DNA of 60,679 nt, counting the filler, from Candidatus Delongbacteria bacterium (GTDB taxonomy: Bacteria; UBA4055): assembly GCA_016937995.1 (NCBI GenBank). It is 4 parts of 4 records of this genome, joined end to end, with 100 filler letters (N's around TTAATTAATTAA, not from the genome) between each part and the next. Parts side by side here need not be neighbours in the genome. Positions count along the whole stretch, not along the records: positions 1 to 23,089 come from JAFGVM010000039.1; 3 more parts are not named here. One strand, 5' to 3'. Under the pieces are notes generated by a model, which saw only the letters and a list, made by a program, of their open reading frames with translations, was not told where the DNA came from and searched no databases. The position numbers were made by a program, and so were the translations under genes. Position 1 is the stretch's first letter. Every line of letters begins with the position of its first letter. Below are positions 9,920-18,737 of this stretch, in pieces.

Positions 9920-10735
9920 ATGATGAAAAAGATATTATTAATATTAACAATAGCTTTACTCGTATCAGGATGTATGGATATGTTATATTCAATAAGTGAT
10001 GAAGTTAAAGCTGAGCAAACAACAACAGAATATATTGTACCTCAGGACGGTGCAGTTATTATAGTTGAAAATATTAACGGGAATGTAGATTTTTCAAGAT
10101 CAGTATCCAATAAAATTGAGATCGGGATAAGGAAAACAACTCCGAAAGATGAAGCTGAATTAAAGAAAGCAAAAGTTGTAATTGACGATAATCAGGGAAA
10201 TATCGTTATAAAAACTGAATATTTAGAAAAGAACGTAAAAGTATCGGTCCACTACAGTATTAAACTTCCCGAAAATGCATATTTAGGTTCAGTTGATCTT
10301 GTCAACGGATCGCTTAAAATAGCGGATATAAAAGTGAAGGATGCTGTTTTTGAATGTGTTAACGGTAATATAACTATTACTAAGGTACGAGGTGCGGTTT
10401 CAGCTGAAAGTGTTAATGGTAATATAACTGTAAAAGATACACCTGTTATAAACAGTCTTGAAAGTATGAACGGAAGTATATCTGCTGAAATTATAGATGT
10501 TTCAAATAGAATAGAAATAGAGACCATGAACGGAAATATCAAACTGTATATTTCTGATAAGGAAAATATTTTATTGACTGCTGAAACAACTAACGGGTCA
10601 GTAAATAACACGAATTCTTCTTTGAATGTCGATAAAATAAAAAAAACAAAACTCAAAGGAAGCTTAGGAAATGCAAAATATGATCTTGAAGTAGCTACAA
10701 TGAACGGCAGTATTACTCTCAATGATCTCAACTAA
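9920..10735 (+). CDS. DUF4097-family beta-strand repeat lipoprotein
   Basis: Lipobox VSGC; repeated VNGNI / MNGSI / TNGSV motifs. Confidence 0.8.
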   Translation: MMKKILLILTIALLVSGCMDMLYSISDEVKAEQTTTEYIVPQDGAVIIVENINGNVDFSRSVSNKIEIGIRKTTPKDEAELKKAKVVIDDNQGNIVIKTEYLEKNVKVSVHYSIKLPENAYLGSVDLVNGSLKIADIKVKDAVFECVNGNITITKVRGAVSAESVNGNITVKDTPVINSLESMNGSISAEIIDVSNRIEIETMNGNIKLYISDKENILLTAETTNGSVNNTNSSLNVDKIKKTKLKGSLGNAKYDLEVATMNGSITLNDLN

Positions 10736-10761
10736 AAATAATTATTCGGTAAATCTTGTAT

Positions 10762-10785
10762 AGGGAAGTTCTGCTTCCCTTTTTT
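10762..10785 (+). terminator. Terminator of the ECF operon
   Basis: AGGGAAG-ttctg-CTTCCCT plus T-run. Confidence 0.85.
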
Positions 10786-10864
10786 ATTGGCTTGATTATT
10801 AACTCTATTTTAGATAACTTTTTAGGGATTTCAATATCATTTAAAATAATTAAAAGGAAACAAA

Positions 10865-11755
10865 ATGAACATTGTCGAAGAAAAGAAGATATGGAAACTT
10901 GAAAATATCATCAATATCCTTAATCACATCTCTCTTGAGTTAAGTATTACTGCTGCGGAAGCACAACAACTCGGAAGAAGTTTTGGAGCTGTATCGATTG
11001 AAATAAAAAAATTCATAATGATATTCGAAAGAGATGTTTTCGGTAAGGTTAAATTCGAAAATTATGGTTTTGATGAGATTGAAGGTAAAATGAAAGAACT
11101 TGGAAGCATGTTGCGGATATTGGGTACGAATACATTACTGGAAGCAAGAAGATTAAATAATACAAAAGCTTATATTTTGTGTGATGAAATAAGAAAGATC
11201 GGAGAATCAATACAAAATATTCTTGAAATGCCGAAACATAAAAAAAATCTTTCAATGATCGAACCGGATAATTCCTTTAAAGAACCGTTCCCATATTTTG
11301 TTATGAAGATTGGTGGTGTATACTGGGTAGAGAATATGAACTCAGTAATAGAGGTTATTCCTGCAACTAAAAAGATCCTGGAAGATTATCCTATGGGATC
11401 AGGGAAGATGAGCCATCAGATAATGATAAAAGGGATTAAAATACCTGTTATCAATCTGCATGCTGACATGGGGAAAGAAATTGAATTAGGTGGCGAAAGC
11501 AGAATTGTTATCTTAAATCTGGGACATATTTTATACGGTCATTCAAGTTCAGAATTATTCTTTGGTCTATTGGTGGATGAAATTGAATACTGCGGTTTTT
11601 TACAGAAAGGTATTCAGGAAATAGATATCCCTGACGATCTGCCGGAAGATTATATCAGATATTGCTGGAAAGCTAAAGATACTTCGCTTATGTTCTTTAA
11701 TTGGGATAATATTATTAATGAACATGAGATCCGCGACTATAAAAAACTTCAATAA
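10865..11755 (+). CDS. Soluble fusion of two degenerate MCP signalling-tip motifs and a CheW domain
   Basis: NHISLELSITAAEAQQLGRSFGAVSIEIKK and ILGTNTLLEARR..ILCDEIRKI resemble the MCP hairpin; C-half IGGVYWV..V.EVI..IKGIKIPVINL..SRIVIL..FGLLVDEI is CheW-like. Confidence 0.7.
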   Translation: MNIVEEKKIWKLENIINILNHISLELSITAAEAQQLGRSFGAVSIEIKKFIMIFERDVFGKVKFENYGFDEIEGKMKELGSMLRILGTNTLLEARRLNNTKAYILCDEIRKIGESIQNILEMPKHKKNLSMIEPDNSFKEPFPYFVMKIGGVYWVENMNSVIEVIPATKKILEDYPMGSGKMSHQIMIKGIKIPVINLHADMGKEIELGGESRIVILNLGHILYGHSSSELFFGLLVDEIEYCGFLQKGIQEIDIPDDLPEDYIRYCWKAKDTSLMFFNWDNIINEHEIRDYKKLQ

Positions 11756-11756
11756 A

Positions 11757-11848
11757 CTTTGAACTTCTGTTTCGAAGAAGTAATATTTGCAAAGTCACTT
11801 AGTATTTCTAAGCTCCTTCTTAATATTACACCTTCTCCTTGAATTTCT
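11757..11848 (-). repeat. ~92-nt structured repeat element, copy 1
   Basis: Minus strand AGAAATTCAAGGA-GAAGGTGTAATATT-AA-GAAG-GA-GCTTAG-AAATA-CTAAGT-GA-CTTT-GCA-AATATTACTTCTTC-GAAACAGAAGTTCAAAG; same architecture at 41404 and 42247. Confidence 0.8.
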
Positions 11849-11883
11849 ATGTTTATTATAAGTTTAAGAAATATCGTTCAGAT

Positions 11884-11913
11884 AAAAAAAAAGACAGGTA
11901 AATTCCTGTCTTT
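11884..11913 (-). terminator. Terminator of parE
   Basis: AAAGACAGG-taaatt-CCTGTCTTT with A-run on + (U-tract on -). Confidence 0.85.
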
Positions 11914-11931
11914 AAACGTTTAAAGTATATA

Positions 11932-12051
11932 AACTTTGTTAAATTTCGATCATCTCTACGACCTGATCGAGAACTTTGTTAAATTTCGATCATCTCTACG
12001 ACCTGATCGAGAACTTTGTTAAATTTCGATCATCTCTACGACCTGATCGAG
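11932..12051. repeat. Three exact tandem copies of a 40-bp unit containing the parE 3' end
   Basis: AACTTTGTTAAATTTCGATCATCTCTACGACCTGATCGAG at 11932, 11972 and 12012. Confidence 0.95.
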
Positions 12052-13869
12052 ATTATCCATGATATATTGTTTTCTTTCAGGGGTGTTTTTTCCCATATAG
12101 AATTGAAGAGTGTCTGCAATGTCTTTAATATGTTCAACACTGACCTGAATTAATCTCATACTTTTTCCGATGAACTGACCGAATTCTTTTGGGGAAATTT
12201 CTCCAAGACCTTTGAACCTGGTTATTTCCGCCGCTTTACCCAGTTTATTTATAGCTTTCTCTTTTTCTGCGTCATTGTAACAATAGATCGTATCTTTCTT
12301 GTTACGAACTCTGAAAAGTGGAGTTTCAAGTATGTAAATATGACCTTTCAGGATCAAACTCTCATAAAATTGTAAGAAGAATGTTAATAATAGGTTCCTG
12401 ATGTGAAGTCCATCAGGGTCGGAATCGGTTGCAAGGACTATTTTTGCATATCTCAAGTTATCGATCCCATCCTCAATATTCATTGCTTTGATGATGTTAT
12501 AGAATTCTTCATTCTTATAGATCGCATCTCTTTTCAGCCCATGAACATTCAAAGGTTTCCCACGTAAAGCAAAAATAGCCTGTGTCTCCACATCTCTTGA
12601 ACTGATCATACTACCCGCTGCTGAATCTCCCTCAGTTAGAAAGACCATTGATTCTTCACCTCTCCATTTATCTTTGTTCTTCTGGGTCGGTATATCGTTG
12701 AGGTGATATTTACAGTCTCTTAATTTGGGTATCCTGATGGATGTTCTTTTAGATAGTTCTTTTGCCTCCTTCTGTACAGCTTTCAGTTCCTTGCGGATCT
12801 TCTCGTTCAGAGCTATTTTCATAAAAATGGATTCAGCTGTATCCTGGTTCTTGTAAAAAAAATCTATCAAAAAGTTCTTTATTTCAGAAACGATCTTGCT
12901 CTTTATTTCAGTATTACCCAGTTTATTCTTTGTCTGAGATTCAAATATCGGATTTTTTACTTTTATAGCAATAGCACCTACAATTCCGTCCCTTACGTCT
13001 TTAGCGTCATATTGTTTTTTCCCGAATTCATTTACAGCTTTTAAAATAGCTTCTCTGAATGCTGCCTGATGAGTTCCGCCATCGTTGGTATACTGACCGT
13101 TAACAAAGGAATAGTAACTCTCACCGTAAGAATCAATGTGTGAAAAAACAAATTCGAGTGTTTGTGAGGAGTAGTATATCGGTTCATAGAGAGGATATTC
13201 AACCTGCTCTGTCAATAAGTCCAATAATCCGCCTGATGATGTGATCTTTTCATCGTTAATGTATATTTTAAGTCCTCTGTTGAGATAAGCATAATACCAG
13301 AGTCTTTTTTTTATAAAATCCTGATTGAAAACAAAATTTTCGAATATTTCTCTATCCGGTACAAATTCAGTGTATGTTCCGTTCGGTTCATTTGTATCAC
13401 CGTCAGCTTCACTGATAAATTTTCCTTTGCTGTAAGTTGCTTCTTTATATTTTCCATCCCGTACACTTTTTACATAAAAATGGCTACTTAAAGCATTTAC
13501 GGCTTTTGTACCGACACCATTCAATCCTACACTGAACTGGAAAACATCACTGTTGAATTTTCCACCGGTATTAATTTTTGAAACACAGTCAATAACTTTG
13601 CCCAGCGGGATACCTCTACCAAAATCTCTTACTATCACTCTTTCATCGTCAATGTAAATATCTATCTTTTTTCCGTGTCCCTCAATGAATTCGTCAATAG
13701 AATTATCGATCACTTCTTTTATTAGGATGTATATTCCGTCTTCATAACTTGAACCGTCACCCAAACGTCCGATATACATTCCGGTTCTAAGTCTGATATG
13801 TTCTAAAGATGATAATGTCTGGATCTTGCTTTCATCGTAATTTACTTTGTTTTCAACCGGAGTATTCAT
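12019..13869 (-). CDS. parE: DNA topoisomerase IV subunit B (short GyrB/ParE type)
   Basis: LEHIRLRTGMYIG, EVIDNSIDE, GGKF..SVGLNGVG GHKL ATPase; TEGDSA, ALRGK, DSDPDG TOPRIM; TRFKGLGE; 616 aa. Confidence 0.88.
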   Translation of the reverse strand: MNTPVENKVNYDESKIQTLSSLEHIRLRTGMYIGRLGDGSSYEDGIYILIKEVIDNSIDEFIEGHGKKIDIYIDDERVIVRDFGRGIPLGKVIDCVSKINTGGKFNSDVFQFSVGLNGVGTKAVNALSSHFYVKSVRDGKYKEATYSKGKFISEADGDTNEPNGTYTEFVPDREIFENFVFNQDFIKKRLWYYAYLNRGLKIYINDEKITSSGGLLDLLTEQVEYPLYEPIYYSSQTLEFVFSHIDSYGESYYSFVNGQYTNDGGTHQAAFREAILKAVNEFGKKQYDAKDVRDGIVGAIAIKVKNPIFESQTKNKLGNTEIKSKIVSEIKNFLIDFFYKNQDTAESIFMKIALNEKIRKELKAVQKEAKELSKRTSIRIPKLRDCKYHLNDIPTQKNKDKWRGEESMVFLTEGDSAAGSMISSRDVETQAIFALRGKPLNVHGLKRDAIYKNEEFYNIIKAMNIEDGIDNLRYAKIVLATDSDPDGLHIRNLLLTFFLQFYESLILKGHIYILETPLFRVRNKKDTIYCYNDAEKEKAINKLGKAAEITRFKGLGEISPKEFGQFIGKSMRLIQVSVEHIKDIADTLQFYMGKNTPERKQYIMDNLDQVVEMIEI

Positions 13870-14036
13870 AAGTCATCTTTACCTGAATTTTAATAATTTT
13901 TGCCATTGGAACATTCATAGAATTATATGAAATATTTGGGATTTTGACAATGGAATAATAAAAGAATTTCTAATTGAAAATCCAAGATAATTTATTTATT
14001 ATGATCACAAAATAATATCAACAAACAATGAAATAG

Positions 14037-16103
14037 TTGTCAGGCTTGAAACTGGTTAAAAGACCATCTAATATCATTTTCTTTATTTTTATTATTACCG
14101 GATTGCTTCTTGCGAAACTGTACTATATAAATTTCACTCTATTTCTATTTCTGACCCTGATAATGATCATCCCACTGTTTTTAAAAAATTTCAGATATAT
14201 TTTCTTTTCTGTGGTTTTAGGAATAATGCTGTTCAACATTCATAATTTTAAATATTATTTCTCAGATGAGAAACTTGAGCAATTTGACGGTAAGATAATA
14301 AAGATCAAAGGAATTGTCAGAGAGCATAAGAACTTTAGATTTAATTCTGTCAGCATGATTGAAGCAGAGAGTTTTAGTTTTGAAGGAAAAAAAATTAATC
14401 TTCCAATAATTGTTTCTACCTATTCAAATAAATCCTACGATCATGTAGTAAATGACAGCATCATTGTCACCGGTAAATTCCAGAGATTTAAAAAAGCCAG
14501 GAATTTATATGAGAAGGATGAGGAGAGTATCGCAAGAGATAATAAGATATCCGGTTATATGTTATCACCAAAAATAATTTCACACAGATCCTTATTCAGC
14601 GTTTCAAAAATAATTCATATCATCCGATCAAAGATAATTAACATTTTTAATGAAAAACTATCGTACCGGTCCTCAAATTTTATGAATGCAATAATGATCG
14701 GGAGCAGGGAAAGCCTTGAGAAAAGTACTATAAAGGAATTTTCTGATAGCGGAACGATACATCTTCTCGCAGTTTCAGGTTTGCATGTGGGATTTTTACT
14801 TTTAATTTTAACATTTTTTAAAAGAATACTGGGGACTAGAATTTCTTTTCATATAGTAATAACGATCACGGTTCTTATTTTCTATGTATTACTGACAGGG
14901 TCAAGTCCTTCAGTGATGAGAGCAGCTATTATGAGCATTATTTCTCTTCTATGTTATCCGATGAAACGAAAAATGAAAATAACTGATATCATAGCCACAG
15001 CCGGGATGTTCTCACTGATAATAGATCCAAATCAGATATTTAAGCTTGGGTTCATTCTGTCATTTACTGCTGTTCTATCGCTTGTGGTCATATATAAGTT
15101 CATAACAGAACTACCTCAAATAAATTCTATGATATTGAGACTCGGTAAATTTTCGTTTTTGTTCAAAGGTTTTCTTGTCTCAGTTTCTGCATCTATAGGA
15201 ACTTTGCCGGTAGTATTGTATTATTTTGGGAAATTCAATCTGTTTTCAATCTTCATCAATGTTATACTGATACCATTGACAGGATTAAATTATCTGCTTG
15301 GAATAGTACTGATTTTTATATATAAAATACCATTGCTCTCTAATTTTATAGCATTTATGATCGAATCTTCTGTAAACATCATGATGAAAATGATAAATTT
15401 TGCATCAAATGCGGATCCGATGAAAATAATTTATAAGATCAATATTCTTGAATTATCAATAGCACTTTCGCTGATAGTGATCATTTTTGTGATCAATTCA
15501 TACAAGGTCAGGATAGTACTTCTGTTCATAATGATCATAATATTGATGTACTCAATATTCTCAACCTCACAGAGAAATCATTTATATTATTTTTCAACTG
15601 TTAAGGGAAATACTGCTTTTGCATCACTGGATGGTCAAAACATATTATTTCTTGGGGAAATATCAGAGAGAGAATTGAACAGCATAATAAAACCGTACTT
15701 AATCGCAAAAAATATAAGGAGTTTGGATTATATAATTTTAATGAATGATGGTCTGGAAGATGAAGATCTTATAAATGAAATGGAGGTAAGTATAAATTAT
15801 ATTGTCAACACAAATGAGCAGACATATATAGAAGGTCATCAAATGATAAATATAGATCCGTGGAACAGATCCCTGTGTCTGCTTAACAGCCGAATATATT
15901 TTTCCGAGAAAATGGATAAAGCAATGCTTGTCTATGCTGAGCATGAATTTCTGTTTGGAAAAAGTAAAGAACCGGAACTGTATTCTGCTCAATTTCAGGA
16001 TCATCTTTTAATATTCGGTGATAATGAATTTAACACTGAGAAAGGTGGCGTAATAATTGAAATTTCAACTGATGAACTGGAAAGTGATCAGTTTGAAATA
16101 TAA
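14037..16103 (+). CDS. comEC: ComEC/Rec2 competence protein
   Basis: SGTIHLLAVSGLHVG, SPSVMRA, GFILSF motifs; many TM segments; TTG start. Confidence 0.88.
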   Translation: MSGLKLVKRPSNIIFFIFIITGLLLAKLYYINFTLFLFLTLIMIIPLFLKNFRYIFFSVVLGIMLFNIHNFKYYFSDEKLEQFDGKIIKIKGIVREHKNFRFNSVSMIEAESFSFEGKKINLPIIVSTYSNKSYDHVVNDSIIVTGKFQRFKKARNLYEKDEESIARDNKISGYMLSPKIISHRSLFSVSKIIHIIRSKIINIFNEKLSYRSSNFMNAIMIGSRESLEKSTIKEFSDSGTIHLLAVSGLHVGFLLLILTFFKRILGTRISFHIVITITVLIFYVLLTGSSPSVMRAAIMSIISLLCYPMKRKMKITDIIATAGMFSLIIDPNQIFKLGFILSFTAVLSLVVIYKFITELPQINSMILRLGKFSFLFKGFLVSVSASIGTLPVVLYYFGKFNLFSIFINVILIPLTGLNYLLGIVLIFIYKIPLLSNFIAFMIESSVNIMMKMINFASNADPMKIIYKINILELSIALSLIVIIFVINSYKVRIVLLFIMIIILMYSIFSTSQRNHLYYFSTVKGNTAFASLDGQNILFLGEISERELNSIIKPYLIAKNIRSLDYIILMNDGLEDEDLINEMEVSINYIVNTNEQTYIEGHQMINIDPWNRSLCLLNSRIYFSEKMDKAMLVYAEHEFLFGKSKEPELYSAQFQDHLLIFGDNEFNTEKGGVIIEISTDELESDQFEI

Positions 16104-16108
16104 AAAGT

Positions 16109-17893
16109 TTATTTCTTTAAAGAGAAAGAGAACTCAATACCTTTGTTCAGAGATTTGACAAATATCTCACCGTTATGAAAATGCACCGCATTCTTAACGA
16201 TCGCTAAACCGAGACCTGTTCCTCCCAATACTCTGGACCGGCCCTTATCAATTCTATAGAATCTTTCAAATATCCTGTGTAAATGTTCTTCAGGTATTCC
16301 TTTTCCATTATCTGAAAACTTTATACTGATAAATTCGTTGTCCTCAAAGTATCTTTCAATTTTGATCTTTGTGTCTTTGCCGGCATATTTTATGCTGTTG
16401 TCCAGCAAATTCCTGAAGATCGCGTCCAATAAATGGTAATTTCCATTTATATAAGTACTGTTGAAACCTATAACAGAGACTTCCATATTGTTGCTCTTGA
16501 GATTCATATCAAGATCTGATATTATCTCATTTATCAAAGTATCAAGTCTTAATTTCTCTTTCAGATAAAGTTTGTTAGCCTCATCAATCCTGTTTAATGT
16601 CGAGATATCATCGATCAATATGCTTAATCTCTTTACCTGTTTATATGATCTGCCAATAAATTCCATTATCTTTTCTTTCTGAATATTATCATTATTCAAT
16701 AATGTTTCAAGGAATCCGGATATTGCAGCTACAGGGGTTTTAAGCTCATGTGATATATTTGAACTTATTTGCTGTTTGATCAATTTCCTGTTCTCAGGTT
16801 CGGTAATATCGTTTATAATAATTTCAAAACTTTTATCTTTAAAAAGTAAAAAATGGAAATCAAAATACTGATCATTTCTTTTAATAAGGGAATGAAAACT
16901 GTTATCATTTATTTTATATTCCGAATGGATATAATTATTAGTGGCTTTGACAAAATCATTGATGTTGATACAACGTGAATATTCTTTCAGGTTATCCTCC
17001 AGTTTGCCATCAGAGAGTTTGTTAATAAAGTTGATAAAATTGTTGTTATATAACAGTAAAGTGGAATCATTAGAGAATATACCAATACCTTCATTGGATA
17101 TTGACAAATGCTGAATAAATTTTTCTTTCTCAAGATTCAATTTATTTTGAACACTTTTAAAATTAAGATACACTTTCTTAATTTGATTACTGATCTCACC
17201 CAACTCGTTATTGGTGAATTCAATATCATCTGAAATATCGCTACCAGTAGCCATAGCAACAGAAAATTTTCGGAGTAATTTTATTGATCGACCAAAATGA
17301 TCAGACACATAAATAAGTAAAAAGGACATTATGAAGAATATCATGAATAAGAAAACGATAAATACATAATCAACTCTCAGAATATCTTTCAGATCAGCAT
17401 TTACCGGCAGTGCGGTACGAATATAAAGGTTATTTAATTTTTTAGCGTAATAAAAATACTCAACATCAGTTGATTTTGACAATCTTACATCAGTGCCTTC
17501 ACTGGAAAATTCTGCGCTTAATATCTCATTTCTATTTGAATGATCATCCATTAGCAGCAGATCATTTACTCGGTTGTCGTATAATACTTTACCATTTTCT
17601 TCAATGATCGTTATTCTGAGATCATGATCAAAATATTTTTCACATAAAGAATCTAACTCCTTGTATTTTGTAATATCGGAATTATCGTTATGTATCAGGT
17701 AATTCGTTATAACCTCATTATAAATACTAAGCTTTCCCTCAACTACTTCAATGTTTTTATTTTTTTCTCTATGAAATAGGATAAGAACAATAATTATACT
17801 GAAAATAAAAAATAGGCCGAAAAAGGATTTTATCAGCTTTTTGCTATAAACTTTATTTATATTTACAGAGCTGGAAACAGTACTATGGATCAT
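16109..17893 (-). CDS. phoR: Sensor histidine kinase, PhoR-like
   Basis: Two TMs; SHELKTPV H-box, NLLDNSIKY, DNGKGIP, IFERFYRIDKGRSR, GGTGLGLAIVK; start uncertain (ATG 17893 overlaps regulator stop). Confidence 0.8.
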   Translation of the reverse strand: MIHSTVSSSVNINKVYSKKLIKSFFGLFFIFSIIIVLILFHREKNKNIEVVEGKLSIYNEVITNYLIHNDNSDITKYKELDSLCEKYFDHDLRITIIEENGKVLYDNRVNDLLLMDDHSNRNEILSAEFSSEGTDVRLSKSTDVEYFYYAKKLNNLYIRTALPVNADLKDILRVDYVFIVFLFMIFFIMSFLLIYVSDHFGRSIKLLRKFSVAMATGSDISDDIEFTNNELGEISNQIKKVYLNFKSVQNKLNLEKEKFIQHLSISNEGIGIFSNDSTLLLYNNNFINFINKLSDGKLEDNLKEYSRCININDFVKATNNYIHSEYKINDNSFHSLIKRNDQYFDFHFLLFKDKSFEIIINDITEPENRKLIKQQISSNISHELKTPVAAISGFLETLLNNDNIQKEKIMEFIGRSYKQVKRLSILIDDISTLNRIDEANKLYLKEKLRLDTLINEIISDLDMNLKSNNMEVSVIGFNSTYINGNYHLLDAIFRNLLDNSIKYAGKDTKIKIERYFEDNEFISIKFSDNGKGIPEEHLHRIFERFYRIDKGRSRVLGGTGLGLAIVKNAVHFHNGEIFVKSLNKGIEFSFSLKK

Positions 17894-18566
17894 AAGTGTA
17901 CCCCATTCCTGATCTCGTTTTAATGGATAATCCTGCATTCCCCAGTTTTTTCCGCAGTCTTCTAATCATCACATCCACAGCCCGGTCAGTAACTTCACCC
18001 TGATCATCCCAAACAATATCAAGGAGATGTTCTCTTGAAAACAAGATCCTCCGGTTGTTTATCAAAGTTCTTAAAAGAAGGTATTCTTTACGTGTTAGAG
18101 GTATTTCAAAATCTGATGTAACAGCTACTTTTCTTAATTCATCAATTTCGATCGTACCGGTACTAATCTTTCCTTCAGGATAAATTCTTTTCAATACAGC
18201 CTTAACTCTTGCAATTAATTCTTTTATAGAAAAAGGTTTTGTGATATAATCATCAGCACCTAAATCAAAACCTTCCAGTATATTATCCTCTTTGTTCTTG
18301 GCAGTTAGAAAAATAACAGGAATATTTTTCAGAAATTCAATTTCTTTAATTTTACCGGCTAATTCGAGACCGGTCATATTTTCAAGCATCACATCAAATA
18401 AAAAAAGATCGTATGAATTCAGATCTATTTCAAGAGCTTTTTCCGCGCTGGGTATGGTATCCACAATAAAATTCTCAAGTTCAAGATTGATCTTGACTAT
18501 CTCGGAAATATCTTCTTCATCTTCAACGATTAATATTTTAAAGTTATCATTCATAGCATATTGCAT
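17883..18566 (-). CDS. phoB: OmpR/PhoB family response regulator
   Basis: IVEDE, LFDVML, FLTAK, GADDYITKPF; winged helix AVDVMIRRLRKKL; divergent from phosphate transporter and phoU. Confidence 0.8.
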   Translation of the reverse strand: MQYAMNDNFKILIVEDEEDISEIVKINLELENFIVDTIPSAEKALEIDLNSYDLFLFDVMLENMTGLELAGKIKEIEFLKNIPVIFLTAKNKEDNILEGFDLGADDYITKPFSIKELIARVKAVLKRIYPEGKISTGTIEIDELRKVAVTSDFEIPLTRKEYLLLRTLINNRRILFSREHLLDIVWDDQGEVTDRAVDVMIRRLRKKLGNAGLSIKTRSGMGYTYDP

Positions 18567-18620
18567 TTACTTGTCATATATCACGAATAAATATATATCA
18601 ACGGCCTGTATTCTGCAAAT

Positions 18621-18697
18621 ATTAACATATCTGTAATCAAACTAAAACATGAATGAAACAATTTTGTAACAATTATAACAAAAAATTGCAACAAACA
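18621..18697. promoter_or_regulatory. Pho-box-like array of direct repeats at 11-bp period
   Basis: ATTAACA(18621), TGTAATC(18632), TAAAACA(18643), TGAAACA(18654), TGTAACA(18665), TGCAACA(18687). Confidence 0.65.
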
Positions 18698-18737
18698 CAT
18701 ATTAAATTACCAATGTGAAAAATAATAGGGAGATATA

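Noticed and set aside
11757-11848. Integron attC site
   Set aside because: No RYYYAAC/GTTRRRY core ends, no intI, and no cassette array; kept only as an analogy
11932-12051. CRISPR array (palindromic ~40-bp repeats)
   Set aside because: Units are directly adjacent with no spacers, one copy is parE coding sequence, and no cas genes are present
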